Below are positions 16,498 to 24,497 of a stretch of 64,000 nucleotides of DNA, in pieces. Position 1 is the first letter of the stretch; the number at the start of each line of letters is the position of its first letter. The notes beneath the pieces were generated by a model. That model saw only the letters and a list, made by a program, of their open reading frames with translations, was not told the origin of the DNA and ran no database searches. Where the stretch lies: the NCBI GenBank assembly GCA_964344235.1, contig CAYFMJ010000002.1, forward strand, positions 32,001 through 96,000. The letters run 5' to 3'. Source of the DNA: an uncultured Methanosarcinales archaeon (GTDB taxonomy: Archaea; Nanobdellota; Nanobdellia; Woesearchaeales; GW2011-AR9). A program made the translations under genes and the position numbers.

Positions 16498-18364
16498 CCA
16501 ATTCTTTGAATAACAAATATTTTTTCATCTCTCTCTCAAAATCACTTATCTTAATTGATGAGAAATCTGATTCTAAATACGCTTCTGGAACTAATTCCAA
16601 TAACTCGTCATCTGGGTCTAATTCTGTGGAAATTTTAAATTCTGGGACTGCCTTAACTTGATGATTATTGTTGGACATAAAGGCTTTTAATTCATCTTTA
16701 ATCTCAAGAAGCCTATTACTTTCTTGTTTGTCAAAAATTCTTTTCCCCTTTCTTTTTATGAAACCATCTGTATTAGCCTTTGCAAAATAAACCTTCTGGT
16801 TTATAAAATCATGAGGTACACCTTTTTTTATAAACATCCCAACAGTATGGACACCAACAGGGTAAAATAACTCCTCTGGGAGAGTCAATACACTTACAAG
16901 GGAGTTTTTTCTTAATAATTCTCTCCTCCATTGCTTACCACCAGACTCAATAAGGACGGATATTGGAACAATTGCAAAAAGATGCCCACCGTCTTGCATT
17001 TGCTCAAGCGCATAGTCTATGAAATGACTCTCTTTTTCATCAGATTTTTTTAATGCAAACGGGGGATTCATAAGAACTTTAGTTATGATGGGACTTTCAT
17101 TTTTATTTCCCTCCCTTCTTTTAAATTCTCCTGTTGGAAAACCTTTCTTTTGAGTGTATACTATATTCTTCTGAAAGCAATTCCCTTCACTGATATTGTT
17201 TTTTCCATCCCCTCGAAAAATCATATTAACTAGCGATAGTGAAACCACTTCATCATCTTGTTCTATTCCAAAAACATTATAATTTTTGAATTTGTCTAGC
17301 TGTTTATCATTGCTAGAGTTTTTCACATAATCAAAAGCAGACACTAAAAAACCACCTGTTCCACAGGTTGGGTCAAAAACATAATCATTGTGTTTTATAT
17401 CAAGGACATCCACCGCAAATTTGGTTATATGTCTTGGGGTAAGGACTATGCCAATCTCTTTTGCACCATTACCATATTTTAAAAATTTTTCATAAAACTT
17501 TCCGAGGACATCATTACCAGATGCCATAGCATTCTTTATATCCAAGGTCTGGAGTTCTTTTAGTGTGTTTATTATTGCTCTTCTATACTTAATATGGTTC
17601 TCTTTGCTTGGAGGCACTTCTAGTTTTATAAAATCAAAAAAACTTTCTTTATTTACTTCCTCTAACTTTGTTTTAATGAGATTATTGATATTATCAACAA
17701 GAAGTTTTGTTTTAGATGTCCTTAAACTTATCTCTTCATTTAGAGACAAAGATAAAACAAGCCCAGCTATAAACCTCGCTCTTTTATTTTTGTTTATCCC
17801 TGCGTTGTGTAATATCTCATTTATTCTCTCAGCTGATGCCAAGTATTTTTCTTCAGGAAAATCAGGAAATTCTTTCCAATTAGGTGTTTTATTTGATAGT
17901 AAGTATTCTGCTTGCTCCCTTGATAATAATGTATCTTTTGGTTTTCCATTGAATAACACTGTTTCCCATTTGCCATCGTGAAGGAATTGGTTGATTATTG
18001 TATAACCATCAGTGTCATTTCCAGCTAACCCTGTTATTATCAGGCATTTAATTTTCTTACTTTTATTTATCTTCTTGGCATATTGGTTTTTTGCTTCATC
18101 CAATGCTTCATTAATATCCTTTTTGTCCCTTTTGCTCTCTATTACCCAATATTCAGAATCATTCAAACACACAACGGCTTCAGGCATATCTCTACCTAGA
18201 ACTTGTTTAATATTTTCATTGTACAAACATTCGTTCTGTTTGTAAACCTCTCCCTCTGGGACCCTGGCAGGATTTTTTACTACCCAACCTAATTCTTCTA
18301 ACTCCTCTTTAATATAAGCATATGCATCAACCTCTGAATTTTTAGGTTTTTTTGAATGAACCAT
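16481..18364 (-). CDS. Transposon cargo: fused endonuclease / N6-adenine methyltransferase (Type IIB, BcgI A-like)
   Basis: N-terminal PE...IESK nuclease motif, GIVLTPRHI, motif I VFDPTCGTGGFL, motif IV NPPF; 627 aa next to a 314-aa S subunit. Confidence 0.88.
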   Translation of the reverse strand: MVHSKKPKNSEVDAYAYIKEELEELGWVVKNPARVPEGEVYKQNECLYNENIKQVLGRDMPEAVVCLNDSEYWVIESKRDKKDINEALDEAKNQYAKKINKSKKIKCLIITGLAGNDTDGYTIINQFLHDGKWETVLFNGKPKDTLLSREQAEYLLSNKTPNWKEFPDFPEEKYLASAERINEILHNAGINKNKRARFIAGLVLSLSLNEEISLRTSKTKLLVDNINNLIKTKLEEVNKESFFDFIKLEVPPSKENHIKYRRAIINTLKELQTLDIKNAMASGNDVLGKFYEKFLKYGNGAKEIGIVLTPRHITKFAVDVLDIKHNDYVFDPTCGTGGFLVSAFDYVKNSSNDKQLDKFKNYNVFGIEQDDEVVSLSLVNMIFRGDGKNNISEGNCFQKNIVYTQKKGFPTGEFKRREGNKNESPIITKVLMNPPFALKKSDEKESHFIDYALEQMQDGGHLFAIVPISVLIESGGKQWRRELLRKNSLVSVLTLPEELFYPVGVHTVGMFIKKGVPHDFINQKVYFAKANTDGFIKRKGKRIFDKQESNRLLEIKDELKAFMSNNNHQVKAVPEFKISTELDPDDELLELVPEAYLESDFSSIKISDFEREMKKYLLFKELGEEVD

Positions 18365-18452
18365 CTATCTTTTCCTCTTTTTTGTTTTCTTTTTTGGAGC
18401 AGAGAATATTTTGGCATAGTTAAGGCTCCACTTAACTGATTTGCCTCTAGGC

Positions 18453-18656
18453 TTACTTCTTGTTTTTGTAGCTTTCTTCTTCACCATGTTTAATCAAAAT
18501 CTCTTCTTTGTATAATTTATCAAGATACTTTTTAACTGTTACATAACTTATTCCAGTATACTTAGATATTTCATGAGCAGTCATAAAACCGCCGTGTTTA
18601 TGAATCGCCCTGATTATTTCTCTCTCTTTATCTTTAAGTATCGGTTTGCTCGTCAT
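18453..18656 (-). CDS. Transposon cargo: small winged HTH regulator
   Basis: MTAHEISKYTGISYVTVKKYLDKL. Confidence 0.82.
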   Translation of the reverse strand: MTSKPILKDKEREIIRAIHKHGGFMTAHEISKYTGISYVTVKKYLDKLYKEEILIKHGEEESYKNKK

Positions 18657-18885
18657 CTACCACCTCAGCGAAAAGACGAGGAACCATCTCGCCATGCTCA
18701 CTTTTGTCTAACTCAACTCTAAATCGCATTATTTCATCGCCAGTTAGTCTTGCTCGTTCGGCGATCCTTTTTGGGATTTTAACCGAGAACTGCCCCGTGT
18801 TTTTGTGAAGCGTAACTTTTGCAGTCAACTCAGAACCTTGTTCTCCTTCGATTATTTCTCTAACTTCTTCGATTACCTTTCTCAT
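18634..18885 (-). CDS. Transposon cargo: AbrB/SpoVT-like DNA-binding protein
   Basis: AKVTLHKNTGQFSVKIPKRIAERARLTGDEIMRF. Confidence 0.75.
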   Translation of the reverse strand: MRKVIEEVREIIEGEQGSELTAKVTLHKNTGQFSVKIPKRIAERARLTGDEIMRFRVELDKSEHGEMVPRLFAEVVDDEQTDT

Positions 18886-18919
18886 TGGAACTAAATATTA
18901 ATCTTTATTTCATAATAAA

Positions 18920-19020
18920 TAGTCTATTGATTTATATAATTATCGTTATTTTCATCATAATTAGACTAATTATTGGTAATTTTTAGAAAGTTTTAAATAA
19001 AAGTGACAATAAATAGACTA
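18920..19020. promoter_or_regulatory. Three palindromic TAGWCTA operator candidates in the divergent promoter region
   Basis: TAGTCTA 18920-18926, TAGACTA 18962-18968 (inside AATTAGACTAATT), TAGACTA 19014-19020; spacing 42 and 52 bp. Confidence 0.6.
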
Positions 19021-19103
19021 AATATTGTAAAATGAAACTTGCGAGGTTGATATTATGGATGTTGTTACTGCTACTGCACGCACGGTTAGCTGGAGGATGA
19101 TGT

Positions 19104-20165
19104 GTGTTACAAAAGAGAAAAACCGAGATGTGGAAAAGAGGTCGTTTAGGAGAACGACAAATGGAACTACGGGAATTCAACAAGAAAGTCAAACAGCTCA
19201 CCTACCCTCAAAATTGGGAAGCATACAATCGAGCCAAAACGCAGGAGAAAATCCTCGCTGAACGATTACTCTCAGAATTGCTAGAAGCGACAGCTAACAT
19301 CAAGCCAGCAAGAAAAGGCGACCAGTACGCTTCTGTGAAAGATAAAATATTCTGTATGTTCGTTTACAACTTTTCTGGACTTAGCTCAAGACGTTGTATG
19401 TCTGATGTTAAGATCGCCCACCAGAGGGGTTTAATCGCAAGGACACCACACTTTAACTCAATCTTGAACTATTTTGCCGATCCCAACACAACTCCCATTA
19501 TCAAGAAGTTAATCACTCTCACGGCGTTGCCATTACGAAACGTGGAGAAAGACTTCGCTGTTGACTCTTCGGGTTTCTCAACATCTCTCTTCGACAGATG
19601 GGTAGATTACAGGACGCAGAAAGTAACAAGAAGAAGACATTGGAAGAAATGCCACATCACAGTCGGAGTTAAGAGTAATGTGATCACTGCTGTAAAAATA
19701 ACATCTGGCAGTTCCCCTGACTGTTCAGAATTCATAGAACTGGTAAGGGAAACGAGGGGGTTCTTTGACGTTGAAGAAGTTTCGGCGGACAAAGCATATT
19801 CAAGTAAATCAAATCTCGAAGCGGTCTCCCAACTTGGAGCGATTCCGTATGTGCCTTTCAAGAAAAACACAACAGGAAAAGCAAGAGGTTCTTACACATG
19901 GAGTCGAATGTATGATTACTTCCTTAACAACAGAGAACGATTCGATCAATCATATCACAAACGGTCAAACGTTGAAACAGCTTTCCACATGATCAAGCGG
20001 AAGTTTGGAAATAATCTCAGAACAAAGAAAGATATTTCTCATGTCAATGAAATTTTGATGAAGTGCTTGTGCCACAATCTTTCGGTTTTGGTTCAGGAGT
20101 CGTTTGAACTTGGGCTAGAAATTGATTTTTCTCATTGTGCAGAAATCTATGCTGCACAGACGTAG
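19104..20165 (+). CDS. IS5 family DDE transposase (IS903-like)
   Basis: FAVDSSGFS, WKKCHITVG, SADKAYSS, YHKRSNVETAFHMIKRKFG; GTG start with GGAGGATGA SD. Confidence 0.93.
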   Translation: MLQKRKTEMWKRGRLGERQMELREFNKKVKQLTYPQNWEAYNRAKTQEKILAERLLSELLEATANIKPARKGDQYASVKDKIFCMFVYNFSGLSSRRCMSDVKIAHQRGLIARTPHFNSILNYFADPNTTPIIKKLITLTALPLRNVEKDFAVDSSGFSTSLFDRWVDYRTQKVTRRRHWKKCHITVGVKSNVITAVKITSGSSPDCSEFIELVRETRGFFDVEEVSADKAYSSKSNLEAVSQLGAIPYVPFKKNTTGKARGSYTWSRMYDYFLNNRERFDQSYHKRSNVETAFHMIKRKFGNNLRTKKDISHVNEILMKCLCHNLSVLVQESFELGLEIDFSHCAEIYAAQT

Positions 20166-20186
20166 GGTTATCATTTGTGCAAAGCC
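20134..20186 (-). repeat. Right TIR plus subterminal TGCACA copies
   Basis: TTTGTGCAAAGCC at 20174-20186; ATTGTGCA at 20134-20141; TGCACAGA at 20153-20160. Confidence 0.88.
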
Positions 20187-20195
20187 TATAATTCC
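20187..20195. repeat. 9-bp target site duplication, right copy (TATAATTCC)
   Basis: Identical to 14335-14343 and abuts the right TIR. Confidence 0.93.
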
Positions 20196-20247
20196 CTTTC
20201 CTCATGTAGTCGTAATCTTTATATAACTCTCTGCAATCCTGCCTTCC

Positions 20248-21543
20248 ATGCTAGCGATCCAATTTATTCGTGATAATCCTAAAATTGTAAAAGCCTCCGA
20301 GAAGAAAAGGGGTCGTGATCCTAAGCGAATTGACCAACTTCTCACATTAGACGAGGAATGGCGTTCTCTTAAACAGAAGGTAGAAAAACTTCGCCACACA
20401 CGTAACACTGTTTCCGAACAAATCAACAAAGCGAAAAAAGCGAAGAAAGAGAAAGAAGCGCAACAAAAAATTACTAAGATGCGCTCTGTAATCGCTGATA
20501 TGAAGAAACAGGAAGAAAAATTTGCGAAAGTAGAACTGGAACGTAACACTCTGCTGGCGAGCATTGGTAACATTCTTCAAAAAACAGTTCCCAAAGGCAA
20601 AGATGATTCTGACAATGTTGAATTAAAAAAGGTTGGTAAGAAACCGAAATTTACGTTTCCCCTTAAAGACCACATTGAGTTAGGAGAATCACTTGATTTA
20701 ATTGATTTAGAAACAGCAGCGAAAAATTCTGGTTCCCGTTTCTACTATCTCAAGAACGAAGCAGTGCTTCTAAGCCAAGCTCTCCAGAGATTTGCAATCG
20801 ACCTTCTTCTCAAGAAAGGCTTTACCCTCATCAAAACACCATTCATGCTCAACCGTGCAGCTCTTGCGGGCGGAGTAAACTTAACCGACTTTGAAGATAC
20901 TATTTACAAAATTGAGGGGGAAGATCTTTACCTCATTGCAACCTCTGAACATTCCCTTGTTGCATTAAAGCGTAACCAAGTTCTTGAAGCCTCAGAACTA
21001 CCAATGAAAATCGTTGGTGTCAGTACTTGCTTTAGAAAAGAATTAGGTGCACACGGTCGAGATGACAAAGGAATCTTTCGTGTCCACGAATTCAACAAAG
21101 TAGAAGAAATCATTTATTGTAAACCAGAGAATTCAGAGAAATACTTCAACGAATTGCAAAAACTCTCTGAAGATATTTTCAAAAAGCTTGGTCTTCCGTA
21201 TCGGGTAGTTAACATCTGTACGGGGGATTTAGGAAATAAACAATCATTACAGTATGATATTGAAGTGTGGTTCCCAGGACAGAATGAAAAGAAAGGAGCG
21301 TATCGAGAAGTAACCTCTTGCAGCAACTGCTTAGACTATCAGTCAGTTTCTCTTAACACAAAATACACAACCAAAGACGGCAAGCGAGAGTATGTTCATC
21401 TTCTTAACAATACCGCTTTAACTGACACCAGGCCAATTGCTGCTATTCTCGAAAATTACCAGCAGAAAGATGGTTCCGTGAAAATTCCGAAAGCCCTCTG
21501 GCCGTATATGAATGGGATTAAAGTAATCAAACCAACAAAATGA
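20248..21543 (+). CDS. serS: Serine--tRNA ligase (bacterial/eukaryal type)
   Basis: N-terminal coiled coil, LIATSEH, FRKELGAHGRDDKGIFRVHEFNKVE, EVTSCSNC, HLLNNT, ENYQQKDG. Confidence 0.97.
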   Translation: MLAIQFIRDNPKIVKASEKKRGRDPKRIDQLLTLDEEWRSLKQKVEKLRHTRNTVSEQINKAKKAKKEKEAQQKITKMRSVIADMKKQEEKFAKVELERNTLLASIGNILQKTVPKGKDDSDNVELKKVGKKPKFTFPLKDHIELGESLDLIDLETAAKNSGSRFYYLKNEAVLLSQALQRFAIDLLLKKGFTLIKTPFMLNRAALAGGVNLTDFEDTIYKIEGEDLYLIATSEHSLVALKRNQVLEASELPMKIVGVSTCFRKELGAHGRDDKGIFRVHEFNKVEEIIYCKPENSEKYFNELQKLSEDIFKKLGLPYRVVNICTGDLGNKQSLQYDIEVWFPGQNEKKGAYREVTSCSNCLDYQSVSLNTKYTTKDGKREYVHLLNNTALTDTRPIAAILENYQQKDGSVKIPKALWPYMNGIKVIKPTK

Positions 21544-21605
21544 GTGTCACTTTGTAGTGATTCATTTTCGCAACATTTATATATTTCATATACATTCCTC
21601 TCGTA

Positions 21606-22718
21606 ATGTTTAAGAGCCTCCTCGCAACATTACTCGCTGGGGGGATAGCAGCAACAACATTTCTGAGTGATGGAGCACCACTACAACTGGCAGCAGCGTA
21701 TCATCAACCGTATACTGCAAGTATTCTCAGTCCACTTTCTGTTGAATCGGTCCCACCTCCTGCCGCACTTACAACCTCCTCTATAACCACCACTCCACCT
21801 CCAACCCTGCCTCGGAAAGCTCTCTCATACTGCACAACCACTCGGAGAATTCATCACTATCCTTCTGAAAGTGTCATTGACAGTACGGGATGTCCCCAAT
21901 GGTGGAACCTTTTAGCGGAAGAATCTGAAATTCGTGAGCTTGACCGTGGTTGTGGTAGAATGGAAGACCTACGGGAAGATCTTTATCATCGTCTCGGCAG
22001 GTCGTGTGACTCTCCTGTCCTACGAGAACTAAGAACAAAAGCTCCTTCACCTGACTTTGTTATTTACTTTTTACAAAACATGTATGATGATAACCACCGT
22101 GATGGTGCAAAACCAAGTCCATTTGCTCCACCTGCTGCAGTTATAGAGATTCACAACGCTCTTGATGATCAACCAACATTCCGCCGGCGAGATATCCTGA
22201 ATATACTCTGTGATGATTACGCTGCCACTTCAAAACCTCCAGAAGGCAAAGAAGATGTTTGTCTTTCATTACAACAAGCATATCCTGATGATTTTGAGGT
22301 AATAGTAGAAGATCCCTCAGAAAGTCTTTTCTGCTCTATGCTTGAACCCGTCTTCAATTTTCTTGATTGGCGGCCCCCGTTTTTACATCCAATGCCCTCC
22401 GTAGACCTCTCGGAAGAATTTCCAGGCATCTTTCCTCCTGGTGAAGCGGGTGTTAGTTTAAGGACCTATAAAATAATTACTACTCCCCTAAATGTGACTT
22501 ACCACAAAGATGACATTGAAATGGTTGCTGAGGATTTAGTTCATGTTATTCGCTCAACTGTTCCTGCTGGTAAAGATGTTCTTGCTTATGGTCTAGAATT
22601 GAAATCTCAGTTTGGTGAACTTTTCACTCTTCCACCAGGCACAGTAGAACTTGTTACCAATAAGCTAGTTGGCTATGACCCTTTGTCCAGGACATTTGCT
22701 ATTGATAATATTGATTAA
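21606..22718 (+). CDS. Hypothetical secreted protein (orphan)
   Basis: Signal peptide, Pro/Thr-rich linker, own TATA box at about 21576-21583. Confidence 0.75.
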   Translation: MFKSLLATLLAGGIAATTFLSDGAPLQLAAAYHQPYTASILSPLSVESVPPPAALTTSSITTTPPPTLPRKALSYCTTTRRIHHYPSESVIDSTGCPQWWNLLAEESEIRELDRGCGRMEDLREDLYHRLGRSCDSPVLRELRTKAPSPDFVIYFLQNMYDDNHRDGAKPSPFAPPAAVIEIHNALDDQPTFRRRDILNILCDDYAATSKPPEGKEDVCLSLQQAYPDDFEVIVEDPSESLFCSMLEPVFNFLDWRPPFLHPMPSVDLSEEFPGIFPPGEAGVSLRTYKIITTPLNVTYHKDDIEMVAEDLVHVIRSTVPAGKDVLAYGLELKSQFGELFTLPPGTVELVTNKLVGYDPLSRTFAIDNID

Positions 22719-22770
22719 CTGCCCTTTTACCCCCAAAATCCTTATAAACACCTTTCTCTCTCATCATGAG

Positions 22771-23838
22771 ATGTCCTTATTCAAAGATATGCTCCATGCC
22801 AACGAATCGTTGTTCAGAGACACCATCTTTCTCAGCTACGATTTTCAACCAAAAATCCTCCATGGCCGGGAAAATGAACAACAACGCTTTGCTGTAGCTA
22901 TCCGCCCTTTATTACAAGGCCACAATGGCAGAAATGTCTTCGTCTATGGAGCCCCAGGTATTGGAAAAACTACTGCCTGTAAACATGTCCTCCGGGAATT
23001 GGAAGATGAAACTGATGACGTCATTCCTTTATACATCAACTGTTGGAAAGAAAATACAACCTATAAAATCTTCTACAAAATCTGTGAACAACTTGGTTAC
23101 AAATTTATTCAGAGTAAAAAAACCACAGAACTCTTTGCGTTAATCGCACAGAAACTGAACAAAGTAAGTGCCGTCTTCGTTTTTGATGAAATCGACAAAT
23201 TAGAAGATACAGACTTCCTCTACACGATCTTGGAAGACATTTACAGAAAATCAATTATTCTTATTACAAATTACAGAGACAGCTATTCCGAAATGGATGA
23301 ACGCATTCGTAGTAGATTAAATCCAGAATTCCTTTGCTTTCGAGCGTATAACGAATCAGAAGTTGCAGAAATTCTCAAGCAACGAAAAGAATATGCTTTC
23401 GTACCTACTGCCTGGGATGATGCCGCGTTTAAAGAAATTGTTGAGAAATGTACGGAAACAAACGACGTGCGTGTTGGTTTGTATATGATGCGGGAAGCAG
23501 GGAACGTAGCTGAGGATAAAAGTTCTAGAACCATCAACGCAGAGCACGTTGCGGAAGCTGTCAAGAAAGTGCAAAATTTTCATATCAAACCGAAGGATGG
23601 ATTGGATGAGGAGTTACAATCAATTCTTGACCTTGTTAAAGCCCACACTGGTAAGAAAATTGGTGATATGTATAGTGAGTATCAACAAACTGGCGGTCAG
23701 TTAAGTTACAAAAGTTTCCATAGAAGAGTTATGAAATTACAAGATGGCCGCTTCGTTTCGTCAGAAAAAGTTACGGGAAAAGACGGCAATACAACACTTG
23801 TCCATTACGCAAGTACAAAAAAATTAACAGATTTCTAA
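22771..23838 (+). CDS. cdc6: Orc1/Cdc6 family replication initiator
   Basis: HGRENEQ, Walker A GAPGIGKT, YINCW, Walker B VFDEIDKL; start ATG 22771. Confidence 0.93.
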   Translation: MSLFKDMLHANESLFRDTIFLSYDFQPKILHGRENEQQRFAVAIRPLLQGHNGRNVFVYGAPGIGKTTACKHVLRELEDETDDVIPLYINCWKENTTYKIFYKICEQLGYKFIQSKKTTELFALIAQKLNKVSAVFVFDEIDKLEDTDFLYTILEDIYRKSIILITNYRDSYSEMDERIRSRLNPEFLCFRAYNESEVAEILKQRKEYAFVPTAWDDAAFKEIVEKCTETNDVRVGLYMMREAGNVAEDKSSRTINAEHVAEAVKKVQNFHIKPKDGLDEELQSILDLVKAHTGKKIGDMYSEYQQTGGQLSYKSFHRRVMKLQDGRFVSSEKVTGKDGNTTLVHYASTKKLTDF

Positions 23839-24446
23839 AGCCCAATATCCACAACTACACATTTCTCCTGCATCGATTCTAAACCAACTTTCACGTCATG
23901 TAACGCTACAATTAAATCAGCATTCCCTACTAACGTTCCTTCTCCTGTATCTGGGTGCATCCCCGATGGTACATCAACCGCTACTTTATAGCCCAACAAC
24001 GAATTATAATAATTAATACCTAATGAAACTGGTCCTCTTACCTCTCCTTTCACACCCGTGCCAAGAAGCGCATCCACCAAAATAATGTTATCTCTCTGCT
24101 GGATTCTAAATTTCTCTAAATCCTCTTGACTTTGCACTTCAATCACTGGAACGCTGTCTTTAATTTTTCGATAATTCTGCAGTGCAGCATCCCCTAACTT
24201 TTCTTCTTGTCCAAAAAATAACACAATCACATTACACACTTCAGCAAAATATCGTGCTGCAACAAACCCGTCACCACCATTACTTCCATGTCCTGCGAAA
24301 ATCACAACATGTTGGTCTGCTAAATCCATCTTCTTCTTCACAGCTAAGAATACCCTTTTACCTGCAGTCTCCATCAATCGCTCTTCTGAAATTCCTCTAT
24401 CTGCAGCGGCTTTCTCCAACGCTTTCATTTCAGCTGTGGTTATCAT
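23835..24446 (-). CDS. nnrE: NAD(P)HX epimerase (YjeF N-terminal domain)
   Basis: LMETAG, GHGSNGGDGFVAARY, VDALLGTG, AVDVPSG. Confidence 0.92.
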   Translation of the reverse strand: MITTAEMKALEKAAADRGISEERLMETAGKRVFLAVKKKMDLADQHVVIFAGHGSNGGDGFVAARYFAEVCNVIVLFFGQEEKLGDAALQNYRKIKDSVPVIEVQSQEDLEKFRIQQRDNIILVDALLGTGVKGEVRGPVSLGINYYNSLLGYKVAVDVPSGMHPDTGEGTLVGNADLIVALHDVKVGLESMQEKCVVVDIGL

Positions 24447-24497
24447 TACCTGAACTCTAAAAGAAATGTATTTAAAGTTTCTCCTTTTCTCACCCTC

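Larger units (their letters stand above)
14344..20186 (+). mobile_element. IS5-family (IS903-like) unit transposon carrying a Type IIB R-M system and other cargo, 5,843 bp
   Basis: 13-bp perfect TIRs GGCTTTGCACAAA / TTTGTGCAAAGCC, 9-bp TSD, one transposase ending 8 bp before the right TIR, six passenger genes. Confidence 0.92.

Noticed and set aside
19032-19106. Selenocysteine or TGA readthrough giving the transposase a hydrophobic N-terminus
   Set aside because: A strong SD sits correctly for the GTG start, no SECIS is evident, and a signal-like peptide makes no sense on a transposase.
14344-20186. Composite transposon made of two IS copies
   Set aside because: There is no transposase or remnant at the left end and no internal TIR next to the transposase 5' side; only one pair of ends and one TSD are present.
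4486-22771. Longest-ORF starts at 1890, 4486, 6964, 8236, 10563, 10834, 12400 and 22669
   Set aside because: The extensions run through upstream genes or promoters; family N-termini, SD sites and TATA spacing support the later starts reported.
22719-23838. Replication origin next to cdc6
   Set aside because: The flanking intergenic regions are very short and I saw no ORB-like repeats (TTCCAGTGGAAA-type) or long AT-rich unwinding element.
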